Positions 27,100-37,085 of a DNA stretch of 64,000 nt are shown here, one piece after another; position 1 is the first letter of the stretch, and each line of letters starts with the position of its first letter. The DNA is from Sulfurimonadaceae bacterium. GTDB lineage: Bacteria > Campylobacterota > Campylobacteria > Campylobacterales > Sulfurimonadaceae. Position numbers and translations under genes: made by a program. The notes under the pieces are model-generated. The model had not been told where the DNA came from and searched no databases. It worked only from the letters and a program-made list of their open reading frames with translations. The DNA lies in NCBI GenBank assembly GCA_041553195.1, contig JBFEJN010000004.1, positions 3,036-67,035 of the forward strand. Reading direction: 5' to 3'.

Positions 27100-29817
27100 A
27101 TGTCTAAGACCATAACGATTATTGATACGTTCGGCTTCTTTTTTCGAAGCTTTTATGCTCTCCCGCCGCTGACCAACAAAGACGGCTTTCCAACCGGACT
27201 CCTGACGGGTTTTACCCACTTCATCGAGCGCGTTGAAAAAGAGCACACTACCGACTACCTTGTCTTCGCACTCGACTCAAAAGGACCGACCTTTCGCAAT
27301 GAGATCGATCCCAACTATAAGGCAAACCGTTCCGCACCGCCCGAAGAGCTCTCCATGCAGCTGCCGATCGCGATAGAGTGGATCGAGAAGATGGGGTTTC
27401 ACTCTATTGCCAAAGACGGGTTCGAAGCCGATGACATTATTGCGTCATTGACGATCGAGGCCAAAAAGAGAGGGTACACGGTTCGCGTTGTTTCGCACGA
27501 CAAAGACCTCTATCAGCTCATCGACGATGACAAAGTCGTCCTTGTGGACGCCATTAAGCGCAAAGAGATCAACGAAGAGGAGTGTTTTAGCAAGTATGGT
27601 ATCCATCCGTGCCAATTTACAGACTATCAGGCGATTCTCGGTGACAGTGCGGACAACGTGCCCGGTGTCAAAGGTATCGGTAAAGTCGGTGCTGAAAAGC
27701 TTCTGACCCAGTATGAAACCCTTGAAAATATCTATGCGCATATCGATGAGATCAAACCGCCGGGTGTCCAGAAGAAACTGCGTGAGTTCGAAGAAGACGC
27801 GTGGCGCTCAAGAGAACTGGTCACACTGCGTACGGATATTTTAGAAGGCATTGATTTCGAACCGTTTGCACTGCCCGAAGCAAACCCTTTCATACCCATC
27901 TATGATGAACTCGTCAAATATGAGATGAACGGAATTCTGCGTGTACTGCATGCCAAAAAACTGGTCGACCCGCAGACACGCCCAACCGAGACAAAGCCGA
28001 AAACGGCCGATGAGGTCATGGCCGAGATGGCGCCTAAGCGTCTTGACTTTGACACCAAACTCATTACAGACGAAAAAGAGCTGATGGCACTCGTGAATGG
28101 ACTCAAGGCCGACGACATTGTTGCCTTTGACACCGAGACGACCGGGTTGGACCATGCAAAAGATCATATGGTCGGATTCAGTTTTGCACTCAATGACGAG
28201 ATGGCGTACTACGTACCTGTTGCACACTTCTACCTCGGCGTGCCGGAGCAGGTCTCCAAAGAGAGTGCGCAAGAGGCGCTTCGCAAGATCTTCAGCTCGC
28301 GTGTTGTCGGCCATAACGTCAAGTTTGACCTCCATTTCGTCGCCGACTTTTTGGGTGTTGAGACGCTCGATATTTACGGTGACAGTATTGTGCTGGCCTG
28401 GCTGGTCAACCCTGAGAGCAAACATTCGCTCGACCATCTGGCTGAGGTGTGGCTGGACCATAAGATGATCGCCTTTACCGAGACCGTTAAAAAAGGAGAG
28501 ACCTTCGCGTCGGTCGAACTTGAAGATGCGACGGAGTATGCGGCAGAAGATGCGCTCATTACGTTAAAACTCTACAACATCCTGCTGGAAAAGCTGAAAC
28601 TTCAGAGTGCTGAACATCTTATCGATCTTGCCCACTCGCTGGAGTTTCCGTTTATAACGACACTGCTGGAGATGGAACGCAACGGGATCATGACGGATGC
28701 AAAAAGTCTGGAACATTTTAAGATCGAAGCCAAAGGGAAGTTGGTTGAGTTGACATCAGCTATCTATGAATCAGCCGGCGGCGAGTTTAACATCAACTCG
28801 CCAAAACAGCTCGGTGACATCCTTTTTGACAAACTGCAGCTGCCTGTCGGTAAAAAGCGCAGCACCGATGTCAAGGTTCTGAACGCTCTGGCCGGTCAGC
28901 ATCCTATTATCGACCTGATCTTGCAGTACAGAGAGATGTTCAAGCTCTACTCGACCTACATCGAACCGCTGCTGGAGCTTAATGCACAGAGCAGTGACGG
29001 CCGCATCCACACCTCGTTCGTTCAGACGGGGACGGCAACAGGACGTCTGAGCTCGAAAAATCCGAACCTTCAAAACATCCCGACGCGTTCGGAGCTCGGT
29101 GCAAGAATCCGAGAAGCCTTTGTCGCGCCGAAAGGCAAACTGCTGATCGGTCTTGACTATTCGCAGATCGAGCTGCGTCTGCTGGCGCACTTTACCGAGG
29201 ACAGTGTCCTTATTGATGCCTTTAAACATGACAAAGATATCCACATGCAGACAGCGATCGTGCTCTTCGGTGAAGAGGAAGCTGCCGCAAAACGAAACAT
29301 CGCCAAAACGGTCAACTTCGGGCTGCTGTACGGTATGGGACCGAAAAAGCTCTCCGATACGCTGGGCATTACGACCAAAGAGGCCAAAGTGATCATCGAG
29401 AAATATTTTGAGAGTTTTACGACGGTCAGACATTATTTTGCATCGATCGTTGAACTCTCCAAAGAGCAGGGCTATGTCGAGACACTGTTACGCCGCCGCC
29501 GCTACTTCGACTACGCTACAGCAGTCCCAATGATAAAAGCGGCGTATGAGCGTGAATCCGTTAACACTGTCTTTCAGGGCTCGGCGGCAGATCTTATAAA
29601 ACTCTCAATGAACAAGATCGCATCGGTCATAAAAAAGAGAGGCCTTCCTGCCAAGATGCTGCTGCAGATCCATGATGAATTGATCTTCGAGGTGGATGAA
29701 AAAGAGGCGGAGACGATTGCTGCAGAGTTCCAGGAAATCATGGAGACGGTTTTGGCACTGAAAGTGCCGCTTAAGACCTCTCTTAATATCGGAAAACACT
29801 GGGGTGAGCTTAAATAA
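27100..29817 (+). CDS. polA: DNA polymerase I
   Basis: 5'-3' exonuclease (EADD, GDSADN), 3'-5' exonuclease DTET, polymerase DYSQIELR, KTVNFGLLYG, IHDEL. Confidence 0.97.
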   Translation: MSKTITIIDTFGFFFRSFYALPPLTNKDGFPTGLLTGFTHFIERVEKEHTTDYLVFALDSKGPTFRNEIDPNYKANRSAPPEELSMQLPIAIEWIEKMGFHSIAKDGFEADDIIASLTIEAKKRGYTVRVVSHDKDLYQLIDDDKVVLVDAIKRKEINEEECFSKYGIHPCQFTDYQAILGDSADNVPGVKGIGKVGAEKLLTQYETLENIYAHIDEIKPPGVQKKLREFEEDAWRSRELVTLRTDILEGIDFEPFALPEANPFIPIYDELVKYEMNGILRVLHAKKLVDPQTRPTETKPKTADEVMAEMAPKRLDFDTKLITDEKELMALVNGLKADDIVAFDTETTGLDHAKDHMVGFSFALNDEMAYYVPVAHFYLGVPEQVSKESAQEALRKIFSSRVVGHNVKFDLHFVADFLGVETLDIYGDSIVLAWLVNPESKHSLDHLAEVWLDHKMIAFTETVKKGETFASVELEDATEYAAEDALITLKLYNILLEKLKLQSAEHLIDLAHSLEFPFITTLLEMERNGIMTDAKSLEHFKIEAKGKLVELTSAIYESAGGEFNINSPKQLGDILFDKLQLPVGKKRSTDVKVLNALAGQHPIIDLILQYREMFKLYSTYIEPLLELNAQSSDGRIHTSFVQTGTATGRLSSKNPNLQNIPTRSELGARIREAFVAPKGKLLIGLDYSQIELRLLAHFTEDSVLIDAFKHDKDIHMQTAIVLFGEEEAAAKRNIAKTVNFGLLYGMGPKKLSDTLGITTKEAKVIIEKYFESFTTVRHYFASIVELSKEQGYVETLLRRRRYFDYATAVPMIKAAYERESVNTVFQGSAADLIKLSMNKIASVIKKRGLPAKMLLQIHDELIFEVDEKEAETIAAEFQEIMETVLALKVPLKTSLNIGKHWGELK

Positions 29818-29973
29818 TAAATCGGGCACATCATAAACCGGTGTTTGCTGTGGCACATTTTTATCAAACTTGGGTAAAAGTGCCATTGAAAAAGGGTTGC
29901 TACGTCATATTTGATGCAGAATTAACCTTGAGTTAACCAAGACGACATACAATAAGAGATCGATATCAGACAG

Positions 29974-30005
29974 CTTTAAATACCCTATATATAGGGTATT
30001 TAAAG
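29974..30005. promoter_or_regulatory. Perfect 32 bp palindrome upstream of ccsBA
   Basis: CTTTAAATACCCTATATATAGGGTATTTAAAG, ending 19 nt before the ATG. Confidence 0.65.
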
Positions 30006-30024
30006 TAGTCTATCAAGGAACAGG

Positions 30025-33000
30025 ATGAAAACAATTTTAGGAATTATCGGCTCGATGAAGATGATGGCAGTGTTAATGCTTATTTTTGCCGTCGCAAGCG
30101 GGTACGCTACTTTCATAGAGAACGATTATGGGACGATGACAGCACAGGCTGTTGTCTATAAAGCACGCTGGTTTGAGGTACTGTTGATCGTTTTGGCGAT
30201 CAACCTGGTACTTAACATTATCCGATTTAACATGATACAGAAGAAAAAAGCACTTGTCTTGCTTTTTCATGTCTCATTTTTAGTGATCTTGGTCGGCGCC
30301 GGTGTGACACGTTATTTCGGTTTCGAAGGCATGATGCATATCCGTGAAGGACACAGCTCGAATTTGTTGACATCATCGGACACCTATCTTAAAGCGGTGT
30401 TTACCGACAGTGAAGATAAAAAAAGCCAATTTAAAACACAGATGCTGCTCTCAAAGATGTCGCACAACAGTTTTGAGACCAAGGTGGACCTTGAAAATGG
30501 CAGCAATGTAGAGATCTCGCTTTTAGAGTATATTCCCAACGCAACGTACTCTCTTCAGGAAGATCCGAATGGTCAGCCGATTATCAATTTAATGGTTACA
30601 GGCGGCGGTGCAGGGGAGTCTGTACAGTTAAAAGAGGGTGACAGCTATGAAGGTGACGAAGTCGTTTTGAACTTCGGTTCGACGGCGACGTTTGACAAAC
30701 CTGTTGTCTCATTCTTTGTCGTTGAGGGGCAGCTCTACATGAACCATCCTATGGCTTTGAACTACATGCATATGGATGACAAAAGTACGGGTGCGACAGA
30801 CGCGTCAGAAAAGTCTGAAGCGACCATGCGTACCCTCTTTACGGCAGGTACAACCAACTTTGTCGTAAGAGACTTCTATGCGAAAGCAAAACAGGTCCTT
30901 GTTGCCAGCGAGAAAAAGTCCGGGCCGATGATGAAGGCAAGTTCAAAAGATGCACTTCGTTTTGAAGTGACTTATAATGGCGAGAAAAAAGAGGCCGTTG
31001 TCTTTGGGAGCAAAGGGTTGATCGGTGCAGCGGCCGATATCGATTTTAATGGCCTGAAGGTAGCATTGACGTATGGTGCAGAGTACATCAAGCTGCCGTT
31101 TTCATTGAAACTTGTCAACTTTGACCTGGAACGTTATCCGGGTTCTAACTCACCGGCTTCGTATGCAAGCGATGTTGTCTTGCAAGACAGTGAAGAAGGG
31201 ATCAACGAACCGTTCAGAATCTACATGAACCATGTTCTTGACCACCGCGGCTACCGCTTTTTCCAGTCGTCGTATGACCAGGATGAAAAAGGAACCGTGC
31301 TTTCGGTCAACAATGATCCGGGAACGTTGCCGACCTATATCGGCTACCTGTTGCTGGCTATCGGTATGTTCGGCTCGTTCTTTGTGTCAGGGCGTTTCAG
31401 CCGTCTTATGAAAGTGGCGCGCGACGCGAGCGATGCACAAAAAGTGGCGGCTTCACTGCTACTGCTTTTAGGTCTGTACCATACACCGTCACTGCAGGCT
31501 GCTGAAAACCCGTTGGTCACAGAGGTCAAAAAGTTTGACAAAGGCCACGCAACGCGCTTTGGCGAATTGGTCATACAGGACAGCGCAGGGCGCATGAAAC
31601 CTATCGATACCCTCAGTACCGAGATCATGCACAAGATGAACCGTAACAGCTCGATCCTCGGTCTTGATGCGAATCAGATCATCCTTGGTATGATGACACG
31701 TCCAGAGGCGTGGCGCGAGATCAAACTGATCCGTACGTCGCACAAAGATGTCAACAAACTTCTTGGTCTGGATGCAGGCGAGAAAACGGCGGCCTTTTCA
31801 CAGTTCTTTGAGTTCCCGGATGAAATGGCCGGTTACAAACTGACGCAGGCGGTCAATGAAGCGATCCGTAAAGCACCGGGCAAACGCGACAAGTTCGACA
31901 AAGCGGTACTGCAAGTCGACGAACGTCTTAATGTTGCCTACATGGTCTTCTCGGGTGCACTGCTTCGTATGTGGGCTGTTCCCAATGATGACAACAACAA
32001 GTGGCTGGACACCATGGGTGCACTGCAGACTTTGCAGGGTGCCGACGCGTATCAGATCCGGGAATTGGCCGTCAACTATTTTACAGCGGTTGATGTCGGC
32101 ATGGCAACAGATAATTGGAGTGATGCAGATAGAGCGCTTAAAGCGATAGACATGTATCAGCGAAATGTCGGTGCCGCAGTCTATCCGCAGCAGAGCAAGA
32201 TCAATCTTGAGATCTGGATGAACCATGCCAACATCTTCGAGCGTCTATGGCCGCTCTATTTCCTGGTCGGTTTCACACTGCTTGTCCTTTCGTTCGTCAA
32301 GATCATCAAACCCAAGTTCAAGCTTGGTTTCTTTGCCAAGACAAGTTTTGTACTGCTGGTTCTGTTCCTTGTCGCACACACGATCGGTCTGGCAATCCGC
32401 TGGTACATCTCGGGGCACGCACCATGGTCTAACGGGTATGAGTCGATGGTCTATATTGCCTGGGCAACGGTATTGGCAGGATTTATCTTCTCCAAACGTT
32501 CGCCGATCACCTTGGCGGCAACATCGATCCTTACCGGGCTTATTCTTTTTGTTGCGCACCTTAACTGGATGGACCCGCAGGTGACGAACCTGGTTCCGGT
32601 ACTTCAGTCGTACTGGTTGAGTATTCACGTTTCGATGATTACGGCAAGTTACGGTTTCCTTGGACTGGGTGCATTGCTCGGTTTCATTACACTGATATTG
32701 TTTATTTTGAAAAACAAGAGCAACGAACGTCAGATCTCCTTGTCGATCAAAGAGCTCAACGCCATTAACGAGATGAGCCTGATGATCGGTCTTGCGATGC
32801 TGACGGTCGGTAACTTCCTTGGCGGTGTCTGGGCAAATGAGTCTTGGGGACGCTACTGGGGCTGGGACCCGAAAGAGACATGGGCACTTGTAACGATCCT
32901 GGTCTACGCAGTGGTTATCCACCTTCGTTTTATCAAGTCACTGTACACGCCGTATCTCTACTCGGTCATCTCACTCGTGGCCTTTACGTCGGTACTGATG

Positions 33001-33162
33001 ACCTATTTCGGTGTCAACTACTACCTTGCGGGAATGCACTCCTACGCCAAAGGCGACCCGGTGCCGATTCCTGACTTCGTGCCGGTGACCTACGCGATCG
33101 TCTTTATTATTATCGCATTGGCGGCACGTAACCGTAAACTGTTCGATCCTAAAAACTGCTAG
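30025..33162 (+). CDS. ccsA: Fused system II cytochrome c synthase CcsBA
   Basis: ResB/CcsB-like periplasmic region; WGRYWGWDPKETW (WWD domain); GMHSY. Confidence 0.93.
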   Translation: MKTILGIIGSMKMMAVLMLIFAVASGYATFIENDYGTMTAQAVVYKARWFEVLLIVLAINLVLNIIRFNMIQKKKALVLLFHVSFLVILVGAGVTRYFGFEGMMHIREGHSSNLLTSSDTYLKAVFTDSEDKKSQFKTQMLLSKMSHNSFETKVDLENGSNVEISLLEYIPNATYSLQEDPNGQPIINLMVTGGGAGESVQLKEGDSYEGDEVVLNFGSTATFDKPVVSFFVVEGQLYMNHPMALNYMHMDDKSTGATDASEKSEATMRTLFTAGTTNFVVRDFYAKAKQVLVASEKKSGPMMKASSKDALRFEVTYNGEKKEAVVFGSKGLIGAAADIDFNGLKVALTYGAEYIKLPFSLKLVNFDLERYPGSNSPASYASDVVLQDSEEGINEPFRIYMNHVLDHRGYRFFQSSYDQDEKGTVLSVNNDPGTLPTYIGYLLLAIGMFGSFFVSGRFSRLMKVARDASDAQKVAASLLLLLGLYHTPSLQAAENPLVTEVKKFDKGHATRFGELVIQDSAGRMKPIDTLSTEIMHKMNRNSSILGLDANQIILGMMTRPEAWREIKLIRTSHKDVNKLLGLDAGEKTAAFSQFFEFPDEMAGYKLTQAVNEAIRKAPGKRDKFDKAVLQVDERLNVAYMVFSGALLRMWAVPNDDNNKWLDTMGALQTLQGADAYQIRELAVNYFTAVDVGMATDNWSDADRALKAIDMYQRNVGAAVYPQQSKINLEIWMNHANIFERLWPLYFLVGFTLLVLSFVKIIKPKFKLGFFAKTSFVLLVLFLVAHTIGLAIRWYISGHAPWSNGYESMVYIAWATVLAGFIFSKRSPITLAATSILTGLILFVAHLNWMDPQVTNLVPVLQSYWLSIHVSMITASYGFLGLGALLGFITLILFILKNKSNERQISLSIKELNAINEMSLMIGLAMLTVGNFLGGVWANESWGRYWGWDPKETWALVTILVYAVVIHLRFIKSLYTPYLYSVISLVAFTSVLMTYFGVNYYLAGMHSYAKGDPVPIPDFVPVTYAIVFIIIALAARNRKLFDPKNC

Positions 33163-33167
33163 AGCTC

Positions 33168-33191
33168 TCCCTGCGAAAGCAGGGACTTTTA
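33168..33191 (+). terminator. Rho-independent terminator after ccsBA
   Basis: TCCCTGC-GAAA-GCAGGGA followed by a T-rich tract. Confidence 0.8.
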
Positions 33192-33279
33192 CTATTTTTT
33201 TCATTCTGCCCGCTTTTTTGCCCCTTTTCAGACCTTCTAGTATAATGGTCTCATAGCTATATATAAAAAAGGCCATACA

Positions 33280-33606
33280 ATGAAGGGAAAGATGAACATT
33301 ACCTACAAAGTCCTCTGTCAAAAAGACACGAACCTCGAGATCACGATAGATGCGTTGTTAAACAACGAGAAAGTGGTCAAAGCGATTAAAAGTGAGTTCG
33401 CCAATGGGGTACGCAACCTCGTGCTCAACAGTGAGGATAAAGAGGCACTGTTGACGCTCGCGACCGAAAAAGAGCTCTACACCTTCGAAGTGAACAAAAA
33501 CGATTATGCTGACATCCTCGACCTCGCAGAAGAGAATGCCCGAAGCCGTAAGCTGTTTAAAAAAGAGTGCGACAGGGTGGAGATCGTCGATATCGAGACG
33601 GTGTAA
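33280..33606 (+). CDS. Hypothetical protein
   Basis: 108 aa ORF; TATAAT at 33241-33246; no recognised motif. Confidence 0.7.
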   Translation: MKGKMNITYKVLCQKDTNLEITIDALLNNEKVVKAIKSEFANGVRNLVLNSEDKEALLTLATEKELYTFEVNKNDYADILDLAEENARSRKLFKKECDRVEIVDIETV

Positions 33607-33715
33607 AGAACGGTTGTCTTGTGAAAGAATTTTACTGTCAGGATCATCCAGACTGTCCAAAGTGTTGCAGGCAAAACTATTTTACACTTTTTTGAAAGGT
33701 GAAAATAGGTGTAAG

Positions 33716-34582
33716 TCAGCCACCTGAGTCAATACATATACCAATAGGAATGTATTTTTCTGCCATATAAAGTCTCCCGTCTTCATCTTCAATGAGTACT
33801 AATACCTTACTATTGTTACCATAAGACAGTTTGATTTTAACCTCGAAATCAATGATGCTTCTTTTTTGTACCAAATATTGACATACCAACCTAAGGTCAT
33901 TATCATCAAAAGCAATCGTATTATATTTAATATCCATATAGGTAGCTTGACGGTCTGATTCCGTTGCAAAAAGTGTTACTGATTTTGCTTTGATATTACT
34001 TTGGATTGTTATAGGAACAGCACCTCCATTTGCAGCAACACTGGGTGCTGTAATTTTTATATTCGTACTCTTGATCAAGCCTCTGTTGCCAAACTGTTTT
34101 TGTATCGCGTCATTTGAGATATTGATACTATGATTATTCTCAGGTACCTTTTGTATTGTCACTAAATCAGGTGACTCATTTTCTATTGTAATCATACTTT
34201 CCTGTGCTAATAATCGGTTGTTATTATCAACAGTCTCTAACCTTAGAACAGAACTGTTTCCTCCATGATACAGAAACTTAAAAATAGGATTTCTAGCAAC
34301 ATATGGGGTTACAATAGCATTAAAGACGACATCGTCCCCCTCTATTACCCGTATGCGCTTGATGTAGTTTTGGGGTATCTGCTTATGTTCAGCTAGTTGT
34401 TGAGTTAACATAGTACTTTTGAGTAACATTTTTACAAAGGTTAAACCATTTGAATATCGTTTGGACTTGATTTTACCGGCACTGGCTTTACTGACATGAC
34501 CTTGTAGTGTATCGACCCCCTGCGCACTTAACAGAGTTATGTGTATGAATAGAAAGATAAAAACTAATACTTTTTTCTGCAC
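33716..34582 (-). CDS. SoxZ-SoxY fusion-like sulfur carrier protein with signal peptide
   Basis: N-terminal SoxZ-like (KIK..., MLT..., RNPIFKF); C-terminal SoxY-like (APSVAANGGAVP, IIDFEVKIKL, DGRLY); ends IGICIDSGG; GTG start with AAGGA RBS. Confidence 0.75.
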   Translation of the reverse strand: MQKKVLVFIFLFIHITLLSAQGVDTLQGHVSKASAGKIKSKRYSNGLTFVKMLLKSTMLTQQLAEHKQIPQNYIKRIRVIEGDDVVFNAIVTPYVARNPIFKFLYHGGNSSVLRLETVDNNNRLLAQESMITIENESPDLVTIQKVPENNHSINISNDAIQKQFGNRGLIKSTNIKITAPSVAANGGAVPITIQSNIKAKSVTLFATESDRQATYMDIKYNTIAFDDNDLRLVCQYLVQKRSIIDFEVKIKLSYGNNSKVLVLIEDEDGRLYMAEKYIPIGICIDSGG

Positions 34583-34735
34583 TTACGTATCCTTTGTGTC
34601 TGCTTCTCTTGTTTCCACGGTGTCTATGGAACGAGGGAGAGCGGAAATCGTCGATATTGAGTCTAGAGTTGAGAGAGCAGATGCTCCTAGCCTTTAAATA
34701 ACCTTGACACGTATTTAAAGCCTAAGTCGGTACGA

Positions 34736-35710
34736 TCAATGCTTGTATAGATTAATGATCTTTAGGTTCCAGACAGCTTCATTGCTTGTTTTTCCTGTCC
34801 AGAATGCTTTTCGTTGTGCCAGGTAATCATGCGCTTCCTTGGTTCCAAGGTCACCGATACTTTTCAAGGCCATTGCTCGCTCTTGCCACAGCGTGGCATT
34901 TTTATTGATAGAGACGAGGAAGGAAAACGCATTTTTGTCACCCAGTATACCGATGCTCGAAATAGCGGCCAGTCTGACGTACTCATCCGGGTCGCTTGTC
35001 AGTGTCTTGAGGAACTCTATGCTGTTTTTGTTGTTGGAAAAGCCCAGTTCGTAAACATCCATATAGGCCGATCTGCCATGCTCTTTCGCAGTGATGCTCT
35101 GTTCGAGTTTTTTAATAGACGCGTCACTCAGTTTATGGCCGAAATAGGCTTGGTTGATCTTTGCAACAACCTCTTTGATCAACAGGGTGGTCGCTTCGTT
35201 ATAGCAAGGCTCAAAGACTTCGTTCATGCTCCATACCGGTGTTTTTGCTCTTTTTACTAATGAAACAAAGGTTTTGTCTTCGTTACCGACATGCATCTTG
35301 ACTTTCAGGGTCGATACGGTGACAAGAGGCGAGAACCCTGAGACTCTGTGTGTAATGATCTCAAAGTGCTCCAATGTCAATTTATCCTCAGCAGGGGTGA
35401 CAAAGGTCAGCGGGATCTTTCGTGCTGCTATCTCATTTTGAAGCCCGGACCTTATAAAATCATTGGCATCTATTTTTTTATTATCATGCTCAAGAATAAA
35501 GACGTTGGTCATCTCTCCTACGGCGACTTCATGCTCTTCTTTTAGATCACTTTCAAACTGGACCTTGAGTGCACTGCTTGGTGCATGCTCATAGCCTGTT
35601 TCTGACGGCTTGGGTGAGTCAACCGGAATTTTGATACTACACGCTTGTATGAAAACGACTGCAAGACCCACTGCAAGATAGGTGGTGGCTCTTTTTAGCT
35701 GTTCTTTCAT
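34736..35710 (-). CDS. Lipoprotein with C-terminal HEAT repeats
   Basis: Lipobox IQAC; DPDEYVRLAAISSIGILG and ERAMALKSIGDLG; AAGGAG RBS. Confidence 0.75.
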   Translation of the reverse strand: MKEQLKRATTYLAVGLAVVFIQACSIKIPVDSPKPSETGYEHAPSSALKVQFESDLKEEHEVAVGEMTNVFILEHDNKKIDANDFIRSGLQNEIAARKIPLTFVTPAEDKLTLEHFEIITHRVSGFSPLVTVSTLKVKMHVGNEDKTFVSLVKRAKTPVWSMNEVFEPCYNEATTLLIKEVVAKINQAYFGHKLSDASIKKLEQSITAKEHGRSAYMDVYELGFSNNKNSIEFLKTLTSDPDEYVRLAAISSIGILGDKNAFSFLVSINKNATLWQERAMALKSIGDLGTKEAHDYLAQRKAFWTGKTSNEAVWNLKIINLYKH

Positions 35711-35868
35711 TGTCACTCCTTTTGCTTGTATTGCTATAGAGATATAGCTATTGATCAACATATACTATAGCAAAATTGGATTGGTTTTTTCTTAATGAAT
35801 GTGGTGTAAAAAGAGGTGGAACCTTCTTTCGAAAAGAAGGTGTAAATGGAGCGTCAGGAGGTAAAAGG

Positions 35869-36990
35869 TTATTTAAACCAGCCCCTGACACGGTCAAAGG
35901 CCGATTCAAAAAGAGACTCATGCGGTTTTGACTCGACGCCAAAGCTCTCCTGAAGCTGGTCGAGGAGGTCGTATTGGTCGTCGGTCAGTTTTTTAGGGTA
36001 GGTGATGTTGACCTGGGCGATCAGCGAACCTTTGCCGTGACCATGAACATCTTCGATACCTTCGCCGCGGAAGGTGAAGTGCTGCTTGTCACGTGTGCCG
36101 ATGTCGAGTTTAAGGTCCAGCTCACCTGTCAATGAAGGGATCTTGATCGTTTCGCCCATAACGGCTTGTGTAAAGAAGACCGGTACTTCGACATAGACGT
36201 CAGTACCGTTACGGATAAAGGTCTTGTCCTCTTCCACAATGAACGTCACATAGAGGTCACCGCGGCTGCCGCTTTTACCAATGTTCCCTTTACCGGAGAC
36301 TCTCAGGCGGTTCTCGGTGTCAACACCTGCAGGGACTTTAACCGTAACAGACTCTTTGACATTCTCAAAGCCTTTGCCGTTACAGTCAGAACACTTTTCG
36401 CCCGGCATCGTACCTTCGCCATGACAGGCCGGACAGGTCTGAGAGAAGGTCATAAAGCCCTGGCGTACATAGACCTGACCTTTACCGCCACATTGGTTAC
36501 AGGTTTCGACCTTGCCGTCTTTGGCACCGGTACCTTTACAGGTACCACAGGCATTTTTGTAGGTAAAATCGATCTCTTTTTCACAGCCGAAAACCGCTTC
36601 TTTAAAACTCAGACGTATCTCTACAGCCATGTCAAGCGGGTACTTCTCCTGTGGCCCGCGTGAACGGCGTCCGCCGCCGGCACCGCCGCCGAACATCTCT
36701 TCAAAGATGCTGCCAAGGTCGTCAAAACCGCCGAAACCGCCGGAGCTGCGTCGGCCACCGCCGTTTTGAAGCCCCTCTTTACCGTAACGGTCATAGATGG
36801 AACGCTGCTGATCGTCGCTCAGGACCTGGTAGGCCTCATTACAATACTTAAAATTCTTTTCTGCTTCCGGATCACCGGGATTACGGTCCGGGTGCCATTG
36901 TTTAGCGAGTTTACGGTACGCTTTTTTAATCGTTGATTTGTCTGCATTTTGTGAGACTTCTAATATTTCATAGTAACTTAGATCTTCCAA
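35869..36990 (-). CDS. dnaJ: Chaperone DnaJ
   Basis: HPD motif, G/F region, four CxxCxGxG repeats. Confidence 0.97.
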   Translation of the reverse strand: MEDLSYYEILEVSQNADKSTIKKAYRKLAKQWHPDRNPGDPEAEKNFKYCNEAYQVLSDDQQRSIYDRYGKEGLQNGGGRRSSGGFGGFDDLGSIFEEMFGGGAGGGRRSRGPQEKYPLDMAVEIRLSFKEAVFGCEKEIDFTYKNACGTCKGTGAKDGKVETCNQCGGKGQVYVRQGFMTFSQTCPACHGEGTMPGEKCSDCNGKGFENVKESVTVKVPAGVDTENRLRVSGKGNIGKSGSRGDLYVTFIVEEDKTFIRNGTDVYVEVPVFFTQAVMGETIKIPSLTGELDLKLDIGTRDKQHFTFRGEGIEDVHGHGKGSLIAQVNITYPKKLTDDQYDLLDQLQESFGVESKPHESLFESAFDRVRGWFK

Positions 36991-37085
36991 TTCGTAGCCT
37001 TTTTACATAGATGTTAAAAATTATTTTGGAATTATACCATTTGATCCGCTCAAACAGTAATTAAATAAGAAAAGAGGTATTTCAG

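Noticed and set aside
29851-29885. TGGCAC...GTGCCA inverted motif as a sigma-54 promoter
   Set aside because: Neither strand has GC at the required GG-N10-GC spacing; at most a weak hairpin after polA.
34626-34697. Small ORF MERGRAEIVDIESRVERADAPSL
   Set aside because: No RBS; better explained as the duplicated gene-end scar.
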